Shown here piece by piece: positions 50,771-63,441 of a stretch of DNA of 64,000 nt. The notes under the pieces were generated by a model, which did not search any database, was not told where the DNA came from, and saw only the letters and a program-made list of their open reading frames with translations. Source of the stretch: Isurus oxyrinchus (taxonomy: Eukaryota); NCBI GenBank assembly GCA_026770705.1, contig JANJGN010000010.1:122698001-122762000 (forward strand), written 5' to 3'. The position numbers and the translations under genes are program-made. The stretch's first letter is position 1. Each line of letters begins with the position of its first letter.

Positions 50771-53700
50771 GAGGGAAATTTTCTAACCCTCCCCCAAAAA
50801 CAGGAGAGGGGATCACGGTACATGATTAACCCATGCTGGTTCGTTACATCTATTATGGATTACCAACTCTCCCGACATGGCCAGGAGGCACCAGAATTGG
50901 CATCAATCTCCCGCTGGCTGAAGAAAGCATTCGGGAGATTTTAAAACAATATTTTAAACAAATCAGCCCCATAATCCAACATCAAGAAGGGGGAAAGAAA
51001 CAACTCCCATCATCATGAGGTATTACCATGTGATGACATCACATCCAGCACAGTGCCACCCAATCAGAAGTGAGATACCAAAGAAACCAGGTTTCTATAG
51101 CGATACCCCGCAGGGGCGAACAATGTGTGCCTCCTTCCCTGGAGGAGCTAACCTAAAGACGTGGGAGTCTCCTACCCTCGTGGAGGGTGCAATGCTCCTG
51201 GTAACCCTGCAAGTTCCAAGTAGTCTGGCAGAGGTTAAGTCCTCTGTGGTGACCTTTCACCTGTGCTAGGAAGGTCAAAGAACGGGCTGAGGAATTGCTG
51301 CTGATCAAATAACACAAGGACCTGTCCCCGGGTCAAACCTGCCAGCCATCCAAGGAGAACACCGCATACACTTGCATCTGGGAAAAATGCAACAGGCAGA
51401 GCAAACATCCATCAGGAAGCATCCTAACCTTTTATTTTTTATATTCACATACAATGAAAAAATAATGAATTAAAAATATCAACAAGGAAGAAGATGGTTC
51501 AGTTTGCACTAGACCTTACGTTCACCATCGCATAGTTTCTCCTGTATACTCCCCAGAGATGTCACCCATAGAACCCACTCATTCCACACCACCGATTTTC
51601 TACTGCTTCACTTCTGCCAACGTTTCCAAGAATATGTCCATCCAAATTTGGCAACCCTTGCTTTTACTGCTTTACATAATTGGCTGCATGTACCAGCAGG
51701 GAGTTCAATATCGTGAATAGCTACCACTACTTAAAGGCAGTCTGCTGCTCTTAAAAAGGTGATGCAGTATGATTGTAAGAAGTGTTGCTCCATGAACATG
51801 GATGCAGTGCAAGGCAGAGTTTAACAATTTCACATGAACTGTCAAGGTCAGTTCAAATGACACATCCTATCACCTGCATCACTGGCTTCATCCACTGTTC
51901 AGTTTACTACACTCCCACCTATCAACAATCCCTATCAATCAGTGCTCAACCTTAAAATTCATTTATAGTTTAACTCACCCTCACACTCATCACTATTGCA
52001 AGCCTCACACCCACAATTTACAGCTTGCACTCACTAGTATCTATTCATGCATGATAGCCACATCACCCAAACAGATTGCATAACACGCTGATGCATTTCT
52101 CTTCTTCTTAATAACAGCAGGAAGCAGGAAAGAACTGCAGAAGGACAAGGATCCCTACATGTTTTAACAGTCAGAGGAGCCAGCGCTGATCATCATGGGA
52201 AAGAGCAATGCCGATACTGTGGCTACTGGTGGGATTGAAGCAATTATTCATGACAGCATCAGCATATCTCTGACTTAGAAGCTGCAGATGGTGTAGGCAC
52301 GCACTTCTTTCTCCTCTCCCCTCACCACAACCCAACCCTTGTCCCTTTTTCATTTAAGATTGTCAAGAATTTAAGCCTTCCTATAGTCAATGGAGGAAAA
52401 GGAAGAAAACAGTGAAGACTTCACACCAGAGCAATCTTACACATACAGTCAGCAGTTCAGAGACTGACATTCATGTGTTAGAGGCTAAGACTAAAGAGGG
52501 ATCTGCACATGGGGAACAAGTGGCCAGGAGTTAGGATGGGCAAGAGGGTAGAGCAGGTGCCAGCTTCCTGGAGGCAAAGTCACACATGATTTCTGCAGTG
52601 GAGTTAGGTGAGGATTTTGAAGGGCCATGTTACAGAAGAAGACTGATGGGTGTCTAGAACTAAATGTTTTGGTGCACTGAATGGTTGCATCAATGTTAAG
52701 GGAAGTTCAGCACCAAAGTGGCACAGGCCTCTGTGCAGAGTTTAGAGACAATATTTTCCAACGTGAAACAGATGGCCACCTCCACCTGTGGAACCCATCA
52801 TAATGCAGCATCCGATACCTGATGTCACAGCTTCCATTACAACAAAACAGCTCTCATCAAAGATCTGAGTGCTGTAGTGGAAGTTAAGACTGCTGCCTTG
52901 CAAGCTCAAACAGCAGTCATCGTGGCTCTGGATGCCATTGTTCAAATGGTTTTCCAGGGCATCACAGTCGTCCATCAATCAGATCTCCAACAGATCGGTG
53001 CAATTTCTGAGGAACCAGAAGAGAGTGGCTCCACAAAGCACAAACATGGTTTCCTTTTTAAAGTAACAGCATTTCTGCTTCCATCTCTGCCAATGCCCCT
53101 GCTGTTGACTGTTGGCTAGACAGTGCAGATTGCTGAAGTCCAGATCGAGGTGGTGTGTTCTGAAGCCAGAATCTCTAGCCCAAAAATTTCTTGAGATTGC
53201 CCTCTGCATTCTTCTCCATCAGAGTTCAACAGCCTTCCACCACCCATGTTGTAGCCACTGGGGAAGCGCCTCTTAGGAGTCCAAAGAAGGGCAAAAGCAT
53301 ATAGAAGAGGCACTAAGGGCAGGCCTAAGACAATAAGTTAATTTTTGTGCGCATTATGCCGTGACTGACTTTCGAAATTTGGATTGGAATCTGCATTTTT
53401 GATGGTTCTTATTTTTGCCTTTTTAGAAAGAGGATGATGTGCTGATCAGTGATAGAGGAAAGCTAAGTGGGACAGTTGTGAATAGAGGGTGTAATTGAGA
53501 TTACTGGCACCATGTAGATCCAGCAAAAAGGGTTGTCTGCCCCTCTCCAGTTTCTTGTTTCTCCAAGCCCTGTTGCATTATTTGACTTCCTCCACATCCT
53601 CCTCCTCTTCCTTTGTGCTCCTGCTCCTTGGCTTCTCACCTGATGGGTGGTGGCAAGGGCTGTGCCCTTATAACAGGCAAGTTGTGCAGCATGAAGCATA

Positions 53701-53905
53701 CTATGCAAGTCTTAATACTCTCTCAGCTGAGTACTGCAGAATTTCTCCAGAGTGGTTCAGACATTGCTTAAGGATGTTTTTGGTGCGCTTTATAATGTTC
53801 CTTGTGGCAACATGGTTCCATTGTATACCTCCTGTACACGTATGTGGGGGTTCTGGACTGGAATCAAACGCCCTCTCATCACCAAAAAAAACCTTGGTGC
53901 CAATG
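50771..53905. mobile_element. Old Harbinger remnant (Myb-like +, transposase C-terminus -)
   Basis: TIR-like GAGGGAAATTTTC; minus-strand HVATRNIIKRTKNILKQCLNHSGEILQYSAERV is homologous to the transposase C-terminus. Confidence 0.65.
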
Positions 53906-54216
53906 AGCAGCTTTTGACTGAACGTACAGCAAGTAATTAGGAAGACAAATGGAATCTTGGCCCCTATTGCAAAGGGGATTGGAGTACAAAAGTAGTGAAG
54001 TCTTACTGCAACTGTACAGGGCACTGTGAGACTACACCTCGAGTACTGCACACAGTTTTGGTCTCTTTACTTAACATTTTGTGATTTATGTATGAGGGCA
54101 ACCAGATTCCTCTGTACTGTAGCGTTCTGCAGTCTTTTTCCATTTAAATAATTTTCCTATTCTTATAAATAGTCATTTGGTAGTACAGAACTTGAGTATT
54201 GCTGAAAAAAGGCATT

Positions 54217-54252
54217 TTGTTGAAGCTTTTCATCTTGCACTCATCAGGACAA
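54217..54252 (-). ncRNA. Minimal type-I hammerhead ribozyme motif in a Penelope-like end
   Basis: Reverse strand TTGTC CTGATGA GT-GCAAG-AT GAAA AGCT TC AACAA: canonical core, palindromic AAGCTT helix III, NUH = UUC. Confidence 0.6.
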
Positions 54253-54299
54253 TCACAAGAATACCAATGTCAGGGGAAGCAACAACTCCATACTCTATG

Positions 54300-54830
54300 G
54301 GGAGAATTTTCTCCCCACAGGGGGGACTGAGTGGGAGCGGGCACAGAACCGATCACCAATGCTACCTTTACAGGCGGGGGGAGGGAGTTGGGTGGGGGGG
54401 GCCTGAGCACAGAAATCTTCGAGGCAGCTCTGTGCCTCAGGGAGATGAATTTAAGTTTTAAACTTGCAAAAAATAAAAAAATAAAATTATTCAAATATGA
54501 CCCCTCATGTGACATGAGCTGGGACATGTTCATGAATTTTCATTAAAGTTTTTATTCCATTAATGAAACCTTCATGAAACTTCACCCAGCCTGTGGATGA
54601 GGTTTCATGAAAAATGTGAAGGCCGCCTGGGCTCTACGCCTGCCCGACAACCTTAAGATTGGACGGGCAGCTATCTCAATAGGCTTAATTAGTTTAATAA
54701 TGGCCTCAACAAGCCTTTGATAGTTCGGCAGGCACGCAGTTGACCCTGATGCACGCCTGCCGAACGGAAGATCAGAATGACATGCGGTGCTGTTGGGACA
54801 CACCCGCATGCCGACCAGAAAATTCTGGCC
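54300..54830. mobile_element. Harbinger MITE
   Basis: TIRs GGGAGAATTTTC / GAAAATTCTGGCC; same internal palindrome as the other MITEs. Confidence 0.85.
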
Positions 54831-54894
54831 TCTGAGGAGAGAATGCTGATTGGTTGGCAAGGGGACTCTCATTGGTAGAGGTGTTAAGGTGGAA

Positions 54895-55400
54895 TATATT
54901 GCATTGGAGGTTGTTTACAGAAGGCTCACTAGGCTGATTCCTGGGATGAAAATGTTGACTTATGAGGAAAGGTTGAGCAGGCAGGGCCTATACTCATTGG
55001 AGTATAGAAGAATGAGAGGTGATCTTATTAAAATATATAAAATTCTGAGGTGGCTTCACAGGGTAGATGATAAGAAGATGTTTCTAAAATTAGAGTGTGC
55101 CACCCTCAATAACCTGTTTTAAAAGAAAAGTCACAAGGACTATCATTAATTATAATATTTCTTTGCTTAATCAAGAAATGGGCGCATTGTTTCAAAATAA
55201 TACAGAGATGAAGAGAAATTTTTTCTCTCAGAGGATCGTTAGCCTTTGAAATTCTCCACCCCACCAGAACAGTGGAGCCTGGGTCATTGAATATACCCAA
55301 GGCTAAGTTGGGCAAGTTTTTGATCCACAAGAGAATCAAAGGTTATGAAGGGGGGTGCACTTAAGAAAGTGGAGTTAAAGCCACAATCAGATCAACCATG
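54895..55400 (+). mobile_element. CR1 3' fragment, split by Harbinger B (continues at 63486-63560)
   Basis: RLIPGMKMLTYEERL..RMRGDLI; the 3' UTR ..ATCAACCATG resumes ATGGTCTTACTGGATGGCAGAG. Confidence 0.85.
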
Positions 55401-55899
55401 GGGCAGAATTTTCCGGCTGACATGCGGGTGGTGGAGCCTGCACGTCAGCGCTTAAAATGTCACGCTCTGACATCGCGCAAGCGTCCCGACGTCAGCGCGC
55501 GGCATCGCAATATTTAGGTCAGCGGGCGCGCTATGCAGCGGGACACACCCCCGCCGCTAAATAAAGGCCTCATTAAGGCACTTAACTTGCCAATTGACAA
55601 GGATTTTGAGGAGCCGGTGCAATCTTCGGCTCGGTGCACAGGCCCAACGGGCAGGCAGGTAGGTGTTTTTTAATCAAAATGCATGTACTGGCGGGATATG
55701 TGGACTCAGAGGGGTCGTTCATGTTTTTCATGAAGTATTTAATGCAGAAAGTGTTTTAAACTTGCCTGTGTGATTGTCAGCAGTTCACATCGATTTCAAA
55801 GAGCTTTTAATGTACTTTGAAGCTTCAGCTCACCAGTCTGCAGACGGTAATCTTTATCGGGCCTGCAGCTTTCCGGAGGCCTCCATTTAGCCTGGGGGT

Positions 55900-57133
55900 A
55901 TGGATTCTGACATCTCCATTGGAGGCAGCTCCTCTGACAAGGAAGGGAGGGATAGAATAAGGAGGAGGCCAGGAGTGGACAATCAGCCCCCAGGGGAGCC
56001 ACCTTTGGGAGGCCAGGCGCAGACACAAGGGGCGCAGGGCCAAGAGGTTGTCCAAGGTGGAAGGGGACGCAGAAGACACCACTATCCTGCTACCAGGGGA
56101 TACAGGCTGCGAAGCAGCTACCTCAATATGACTGTGGTGCAGTGCCGAATGAGGCTCCGTCTGTCAAGGGAGACAGTCAACTATATCTGTCAGATGATTG
56201 GCCCTGAGATCTCCCCTAACTGTGTGGGTGGACACCCCATGCCAGCAGCTCTGAAGCTCACAGTTGCCTCCACTTCTATACATCTGGCTCCTTCCAGGGC
56301 TCAGTGGGTGATCTTTGCAGAGTCTCCCGATCAGCTATCCACACTTGTGTCAAGCAGGTTACAGACGCTCTGTTTAGTTGGGCATTGACCTTCATCTACT
56401 TCCGCTGCGACCAGGCAAGTCAGGCACAGCGAGCCAGTGGCTTCGCGGCCATTGCTGACTTCCCCCGCATCCAGGGTGCAATAGACTGTACACATGCGGC
56501 CATCAAGACGCCAGCAGGTGCACCCGGTGCCTTCATCAACAGGAAGGGCTTCCACTCCATGAAGCGCAGATAGTGTGTGATCACAGGATGTTGATTCTGC
56601 AAGTCTGTGCAAGGTACCCAGGCAGTTTCCACAATGCCTACATCCTCAGACGCTCTCAGGTGCCAGGGCTCATCAGTGCTCCAGCCCGGCTGGATGGATG
56701 GCTGCTGGGTGACAAGGGCTATCCCCTCAGAAGGTGACTCATGATGCCTCTCTACCATCCAAGAACAGAAGCTGAGCAGCGCTACAATAGGAGCCACGGC
56801 ACCACAAGGGCTGTGGTGGAGAAAGCCATTGGGCTTCTCAAGATCCGCTTCCATTGCCTGGACCACTCAGGGTGCGCACTCCAGTACACCCCAGATCGCG
56901 TCGCTCTGATAGTGGTAGCGTGCTGCGCTCTGCACAATCTTGCGCTGGAAAGGGGGGATGCTGTTGATGATGAAGACCTTGATGCAGTTGATGAGGCTGC
57001 ACATGATGAATCCAGCAGTGGCTCAGAGGATGAAGAAGCACAGGGTAATGATGAGGGGCAGCACACCAACCCGCTACTACACCAAGGAGGCAGGGACACC
57101 TGGGACAATTTAATCCAGTGAATCTTCAGCTAG
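55900..57133 (+). pseudogene. Harbinger DDE transposase (HARBI1-like) with frameshift and stops
   Basis: RLRLSRETV, IQGAIDCTH, FINRKGFHSM, LLGDKGY, YNRSHGTTRAVVEKAIGLLKIRF, CCALHN. Confidence 0.92.
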
Positions 57134-57442
57134 CTCCACACACATCGATCAGCACGGCCAGCATTGCCTGGTGCATCCATATGTGACACTTAGGTGCTAC
57201 ATCTTCCACCTCATCAGCTGCAACTAAGGGCTTAGTACAGAAACATCAATGTCCACTCAAACACTCATGAGATGTCTGTGAAACATACAAATGCAGCACA
57301 AATGAAACAGCCTCAGCCATGGTCAGAAAACTGGACTTTATTTCGTCCAACATCAAACAGAAACGTCTCTCTTACAAACATAACTATTTGTTCCCTAATC
57401 TAAGGCCAACACAAAATCACCAGTGACAAACCCATGGAGTGC

Positions 57443-60232
57443 CTAATAGTGCCTCATACTTTCGTTTGCAGGTCTAGGAGCCGCCCCATCGCTCGGAGTA
57501 GCTTGTGAGACAGCCTGCTGACTCTGCTGTCCTGTTGGCCTCATTGACCTTGGCGGCCATCCTCTGGCCCGTGGAGCCTGTGCTGGCCCCGCCTGGGAGA
57601 GAGTGGCCAGTTCCAGAACTGGCACCTCCCCAGTGGTCACAGGCTCATCGGATGCAACGGTCACTGGCAGAGGGGCGGAGGAGCTGCTGCCCTCATCCGG
57701 AACGCCCTGAGAGGAGCTCATATTGACGACACGCAGCTGCTGTGCCAATGTGAGGTCACATTGGACCTCCCTGCTCACCGCAGATGGATGGGCACCGAGC
57801 ACCGACACTTGGTGCCCAGAACATCTCCCACATTGGGAATGACCACCTGCGGCCATTAGCACTGTGAGGACTTGCAGGTCAGAGCGTAACCCCATCAGAA
57901 GTGTCTCAATCCAAATGAAGCCCCTCTCCACGAGAGTCGCCAACTTCTCAGTGGAGGAAGCGTGAAGCTCTGTCCTGAGGTTCATGCCTTCACTTACACT
58001 CTACCTGGACTCCTCCACTGTAGAGACCAACTGAAACGCACCCTCATGCAACCCTGCCAGATGCTCCTGCTCACCTGCCGCTTGTCCTGCAGCTGCTGCA
58101 TTGCTGACATCTCCAGAGGCACATTATCACTACTGGACTCAGCATGTGCCTGGACCCCTGCAGCCCTCCGGCTGCTGGCACCATCGGCACTCTCTGTCCC
58201 TGCCATCTTCTCCAGCGATTGTGAAGTGCCCTCTCCACTGTGACCCCGGACACTAGCCAATGTTACATTCCCCACCAAGGTTTTTGTGGCTACGCTGGTG
58301 CCTGGCTGGTTGAAATGACGTGACGCAAGTTGCAAGTCTTGGCCCCTCAGGTGTGGAGTGGGGGCTCTGGTCTTGTTGGCTGCAGTGGTGATGCTGAAAT
58401 TAACAACAAGAACAGTGCATCAATTAGCGTTCAGACAGTAACATCATTCATCCCTTTCCCCTCCAGCCTCATAAGTCACTCACCCTTCAAGACCCTGAAG
58501 AGACGAACATTGGTGGGGTGGAAAGGAGTCAAGAGGAGGCCCAAACATTAGACACGCATACAGACAGGGTGATCAGATGGCCTAAGAAATGCCACATGGA
58601 ATGTTATGTGACATTGGAGTGGAGAGAGTGCAGAGGTAACCGAACCTGGATGCATGCTGGCCTGGAAAGTTGCGGTGATGAGGAAACATTGCAAACACTT
58701 GCAGGATTTGCCGTGGAGCACAGGAGATTGACAGGTCACATTATTGACCTTCGTGCCGTTAGGAGGGGCATAGACCAGGTGGGCAGATTACAACATTTCC
58801 CCTTGGAGCAGGGATGAATAACGTGGTGGCATTTATTTAAGTTGAGTGCCATGAGGTTGACAGGTGAGGCGCTGAGGACCTTTTGGACAGAGTAATGTGG
58901 GATGCACTGCCTGAAAGGGTGGTGGAGGTACCAACCCTCCTAAGATGCAATAAGTCTTTGGATGTGCAGCAGTGATGCCATGGCATGTTAGGCCATGGGG
59001 ATAGTGGTCACAAATGGGATAAGGCGACTTTGGAAGGTGGTGGAGACAAAAATCCTCCAGGGGTCGAGGGACCTTTGTGTATGACCCACACGTCAGAGTG
59101 CCTCAGTCTGTGAATGAGCTGTGTTGCTGCATTAACAATTGCAGCAACCATCAGTAGTTTGGATGGTGGGCAGACAGAGTGGATGGGACTGTGGACCTCA
59201 AATACCTGGCCGCTGCACCCCAGCCTCGCCAACACCTGCCACCCTGGCCGCCTGCCTCCACCCCAGCTCCATGGCCTGCTCCTCATAGATGGTGAGGTGC
59301 TGGAGCAGGGCGTGCCCACCACCAGTCCTCTGGCGCTTCCTGAGATTGTGTTCAGGTTTTGCCTGCAGAACAGAGAAGAGGGTTTATTGGGGCTGATTGC
59401 TCATGTACTCTGCACACGCACATGCCGCACCCCAACTACAATGGCCCATCTGAGGCCTCCAGTGGCTCCTGTCCACACAACTGGTGACCAGCCCCCAGAA
59501 GATAGTACGGCTGGTCCCAACCCCCTCCCCAAGGAGGCACAACCTGGTGCGGTGCCAAAGCCAGCAGATGGCTCTTGGCCATGACACCTTGAGGCTCCCC
59601 TTCCACCATCTCATCACCATCAATATGACATGCGTTGGAGTTCTGAGTATGTGTCTAGTGGCCTCCCCTGCAGGTTGCCCCCAGACTACTCAAATGCCAC
59701 AAATACCAACATATGCTGCGGAGAGAACCCATCTTCTCCTCAACCACTAAGGCTGATGTAAGCATGGTCACTATCTGTTTGCCCACCCAGCGTGCGCCAA
59801 ATGCCCAATGCATAATGACATTAAGACTGTGGGGGGTTGGGGGGGGGGCTCAAAGGCTAAGGCTACCTGCTGGGTCAAATGGCCAAGGCCAACATGGTAC
59901 TCACCCCTCCAGAGCGCAGCAAATCATTGAAGCGCTTGTGGCACTGTATTCCTGTGTGCCGCACATCATCGTGGGCGCTTACTGCTTCCCCCACCTCCTG
60001 CCACGCCTGCCTGGTGACGTGGGGGGACCTTCCTCCTCCCATCCTCTGGATACAAAATATACTGACAGCTGGACACCTCTTCGAGGAGGACAGCAAGGTA
60101 GGCATCTGAGAAGCGAGGGGCTCAGTGGCCCCCCCCGCTGGCCTGTCCTGCAGCCTGCCCCCCCTCCCCCTCCTCCTCCTCCTCCTGCTCCTGTGCTCTG
60201 AGAGCAGCCTGTCTCTCTCTGTGAGTGGCCAT
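57443..60232 (-). pseudogene. Harbinger Myb/SANT-like gene, multi-exon, disrupted
   Basis: APRFSDAYLAVLLEE..TRQAWQEVGEAVSAHDDVRHTGIQCHKRFNDL with donor GTGAGT near 59904; second exon ~59210-59363; last exon homologous to 20771-21655. Confidence 0.8.
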
Positions 60233-60431
60233 GGTGCACTGCCTCAACGAGGCTACCTGGCCACTCTTTACATAGGCTGCTGGTTCCCCACTGGAACTGG
60301 CGGCCTGAACACGCCCGACTCCGCAACGATTTTCCCACTCTACACGGGAGTTGCTAACCCGCTGGGTGGACCTTAATTGGCCCACCCATTCAAAATGGCG
60401 GCGTGGCCCGTTTCAGTGGCGGCAATCGGCA

Positions 60432-63400
60432 TAAAACGTTTCTCGGACAGCTTTTCCCGTCACATTCTGAGATCCACATTCAGTGCCATGCATCACCATA
60501 TGAACACACTCGACCTCTCCCTCCAGCAGCACTGCCGCACCCTTTTTCAAAGCTGCACGTGCCCCCAGTTTTAGTTTATTCTTCGTCTCATCCGATGCCT
60601 CAACAAGAAACTTTTTCTCTTTCTCTCAAGTGCTAAGGAACGCAAGCTCCAACAACGCATCGACATCTACACCCATTTAGGACCCTCCACCCCTGCCCGT
60701 CCCTCCGTCCCCACCACATCTTCCAATCCCAGCGCCAGCCGTGTATTCACTATACCCCCTGACCTTCCCCTCTCCGATGCTGAACGTTCAAAGTTTCATA
60801 CCCTTACACCCTCATCTCAATGAATTTTGGGCTCGGCATGATGCTGAACTGTTCTTCCGCCGTCTTCACCTCCGGGCTCACTTCTTTGGGCAGGCGTCCT
60901 CTCCCGGTTCAACAGATCCTTTTACCCACCTCCAATATTCTCCCTCCACCTGGACCCCTCCCTCTGGATTCTTATCTTCTCTTGATCTTTTCATTGAAAA
61001 CTGACGGCGCGACATTAGTCGTCTCAATTTCTCTGCTCCTCTCACCCATTCTAATCTCTCTCTCTCTCTGAACTTACTGCACTCCGTTCTCTCAGGTCCA
61101 ACCCCAACATTGTCATCACACCCGCTGACAAGGGTGGTGCTGTTGTTGTCTGGCGCACTGACCTCTACCTCGCGGAGGCTGAGCGTCAACTCGCAGACAC
61201 TTCCTCCTACCTCTCCCTGGACCATGACCCCACCACTGAACATCAAGCCATTGTTTCCAGGACTGTCACTGACCTCATCTCCTCTGGAGATCTTCCTCCC
61301 ACAGCTTCCAACCTGATTGTCTCCCAACCTCGGACGGCCCGCTTCTACTTCCTATCCAAAATCCACAAACAGAACCGTCCTGGTAGACCGATTGTGTCAG
61401 CTTGCTCCTGCTCCACGGAACTCATTTCTCGTTATCTTGATCCCTTCTCTCTCCCCTTGTCTAGAACCTTCCCACCTACATCCATGATTCCTCTGACACC
61501 TTACGTCACATCAACAATTTCCAACCGCGTCCTCTTCACCATGGACGTCCAATCCCTCTACACCTCCATCCCCCACCAGGATGGTCTGAGGGCCCTTAGC
61601 TTCTTCCTCGAACAGAGGCCCGAACAATCCCCATCCACCACTACTCTCCTCCATCTGGCTGAACTTGTTCTCACACACAGAACAATTTCTCCTTCAACTC
61701 CTCTCACTTCCTCCAAATAAAAGGTGTGGCTATGGGTACCCGCATGGGCCCCAGTTATGCCTGTCTCTTTATGGGGTATGTGGAACATTCCTTGTTCCAA
61801 TCCTACTCCAGCCCCCTTCCACAACTCTTTCTCTGGTACATCGATGAATACTTCGGTGCTGCTTCATGCTCTCATCGGGACTTGGAAAAATTTATTAATT
61901 TTGCTTCCAATCTCCACCCCTCCATCATTTTATGTGGCCCATCTCTGACACTTCCCTTCCCTTCCTTGACCTCTCTGTCTCAATCTCTAGTGATAGACTG
62001 TCCACCAATATCCATTACAAGCCTACCGACTCCCACAGCTGCCTCAACTACAGCTCCTCACACCCCGCTTCCAATCAGGACACCATCCCATTCTCTCAGT
62101 TCCTTTGCCTCCATCGTATCTGTTCTGATGATGCTACCTTCAAAAACAGTTCCTCTGACATGTCTTCCTTCTTCCTTAACTGAGGTTTTCCACCCACGGT
62201 CGTTGACAGGGCCCTCAACCGTGTCCGGCCCATCTCCCGCGCATCCGCCCTCACGCCTTCTCCTCCCTCCCAGAAACATGATAGGGTCCCCCTTGTCCTC
62301 ACTTATCATCCCACCAGCCTCCGCATTCAAAGGATCATCCTCCGCCATTTCTGCCAACTCCAGCATGATGCCACCATCAAACACATCTTCCCTTCACCCC
62401 CCTGGCGGCATTCCGTAGGGATCGTTCCCTCTGGGCCACCCTGGTCCACTCCTCCATCACCCCCTACTCCTCAACCCCCACCTATGGCACCTCCCCATGC
62501 CCACGCAAAAGATGCAACACTTGCCCCTTCACTTCCTCTCTCCTCACCATCCAAGGGCCCAAACACTCCTTTCAAGTGAAGCAGCATTTCACTTGCATTT
62601 CCCCCATCTTAGTCTACTGCATTCGTTGCTCCCAATGCGGTCTCCTCTACATTGGAGAGACCAAACGTAAACTGGGCGACCACTCTGCAGAACACCTGCG
62701 GTCTGTCCGCAAGAATGCCCCAAACCTCCCTGTCGCTTGCCATTTTAACACTCCACCCTGCTCTCTTGCCCACATGTCTGTCTTTGGCTTGCTGCATTGT
62801 TCCAGTGAAGCCCAACGTAAACTGGAGGAATAGCACCTCATCTTCTGACTAGGCACTTTACAGCCTTCCGGACTGAATATTGAATTCAACAACTTTAGAT
62901 CTTGAACTCCCTCCTCCATCCCCACCCCCTTTCTGTTTCTTCCCCCTTCCTTTTGTTTTTTCCAATAATTTATATAGATTTTTCTTTTCCCACCTATTTC
63001 CATTATTTTTAAATCTTTTATGCCCTGCTAGCCTTTCCACCCCACCCCCACTAGAGCTATACCTTGAGTGCCCTACCATCCATTCTTAATTAGCACATTC
63101 ATTTAGATAATATCACCAACTTCAACACCTGTGTTCTTTTGTTCTTTTGTCTGTGACATCTTTTGATTATCTGCTCCTATCACTGCTTGCCTGTCCCTAC
63201 AACCGCACCACCCCCCTCCACTTCTCTCCCCCCACCCAACACCCCCACCCCCCACCCCCCCACCTTAAACCAGCTTATATTTCACCCCTCTCCTTGGATT
63301 CACCTAGTTCTGTTGAAGGGTCATGAGGACTTGAAACGTCAACTCTTTTCTTCTCCGCCGATGCTGCCAGACCTGCTGAGTTTTTCCAGGTAATTCTGTT

Positions 63401-63441
63401 TTTGTTTTGGATTTCCAGCATCCGCAGTTTTTTGTTTTTAT
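60432..63441 (+). mobile_element. Near full-length Penelope-like element (RT and GIY-YIG endonuclease), frameshifted
   Basis: PADKGGAVVV, TMDVQSLYTSIP, GVAMGTRMGPSYA, YIDE, YKPTDSH; LVYCIRC..LYIGETKRKL; characteristic 3' terminus. Confidence 0.95.
63306..63344 (+). ncRNA. Hammerhead-ribozyme-like motif with variant core
   Basis: AGTT CTGTTGA AGGGTC-ATGAG-GACTT GAAA C GTC AACT: helices I and II pair and the GUC site is present, but core A6 is U. Confidence 0.5.

Noticed and set aside
55900-57133. Domesticated host HARBI1 gene
   Set aside because: Frameshifts and stops, and it is enclosed by TIRs and a TSD; it is a transposon copy.
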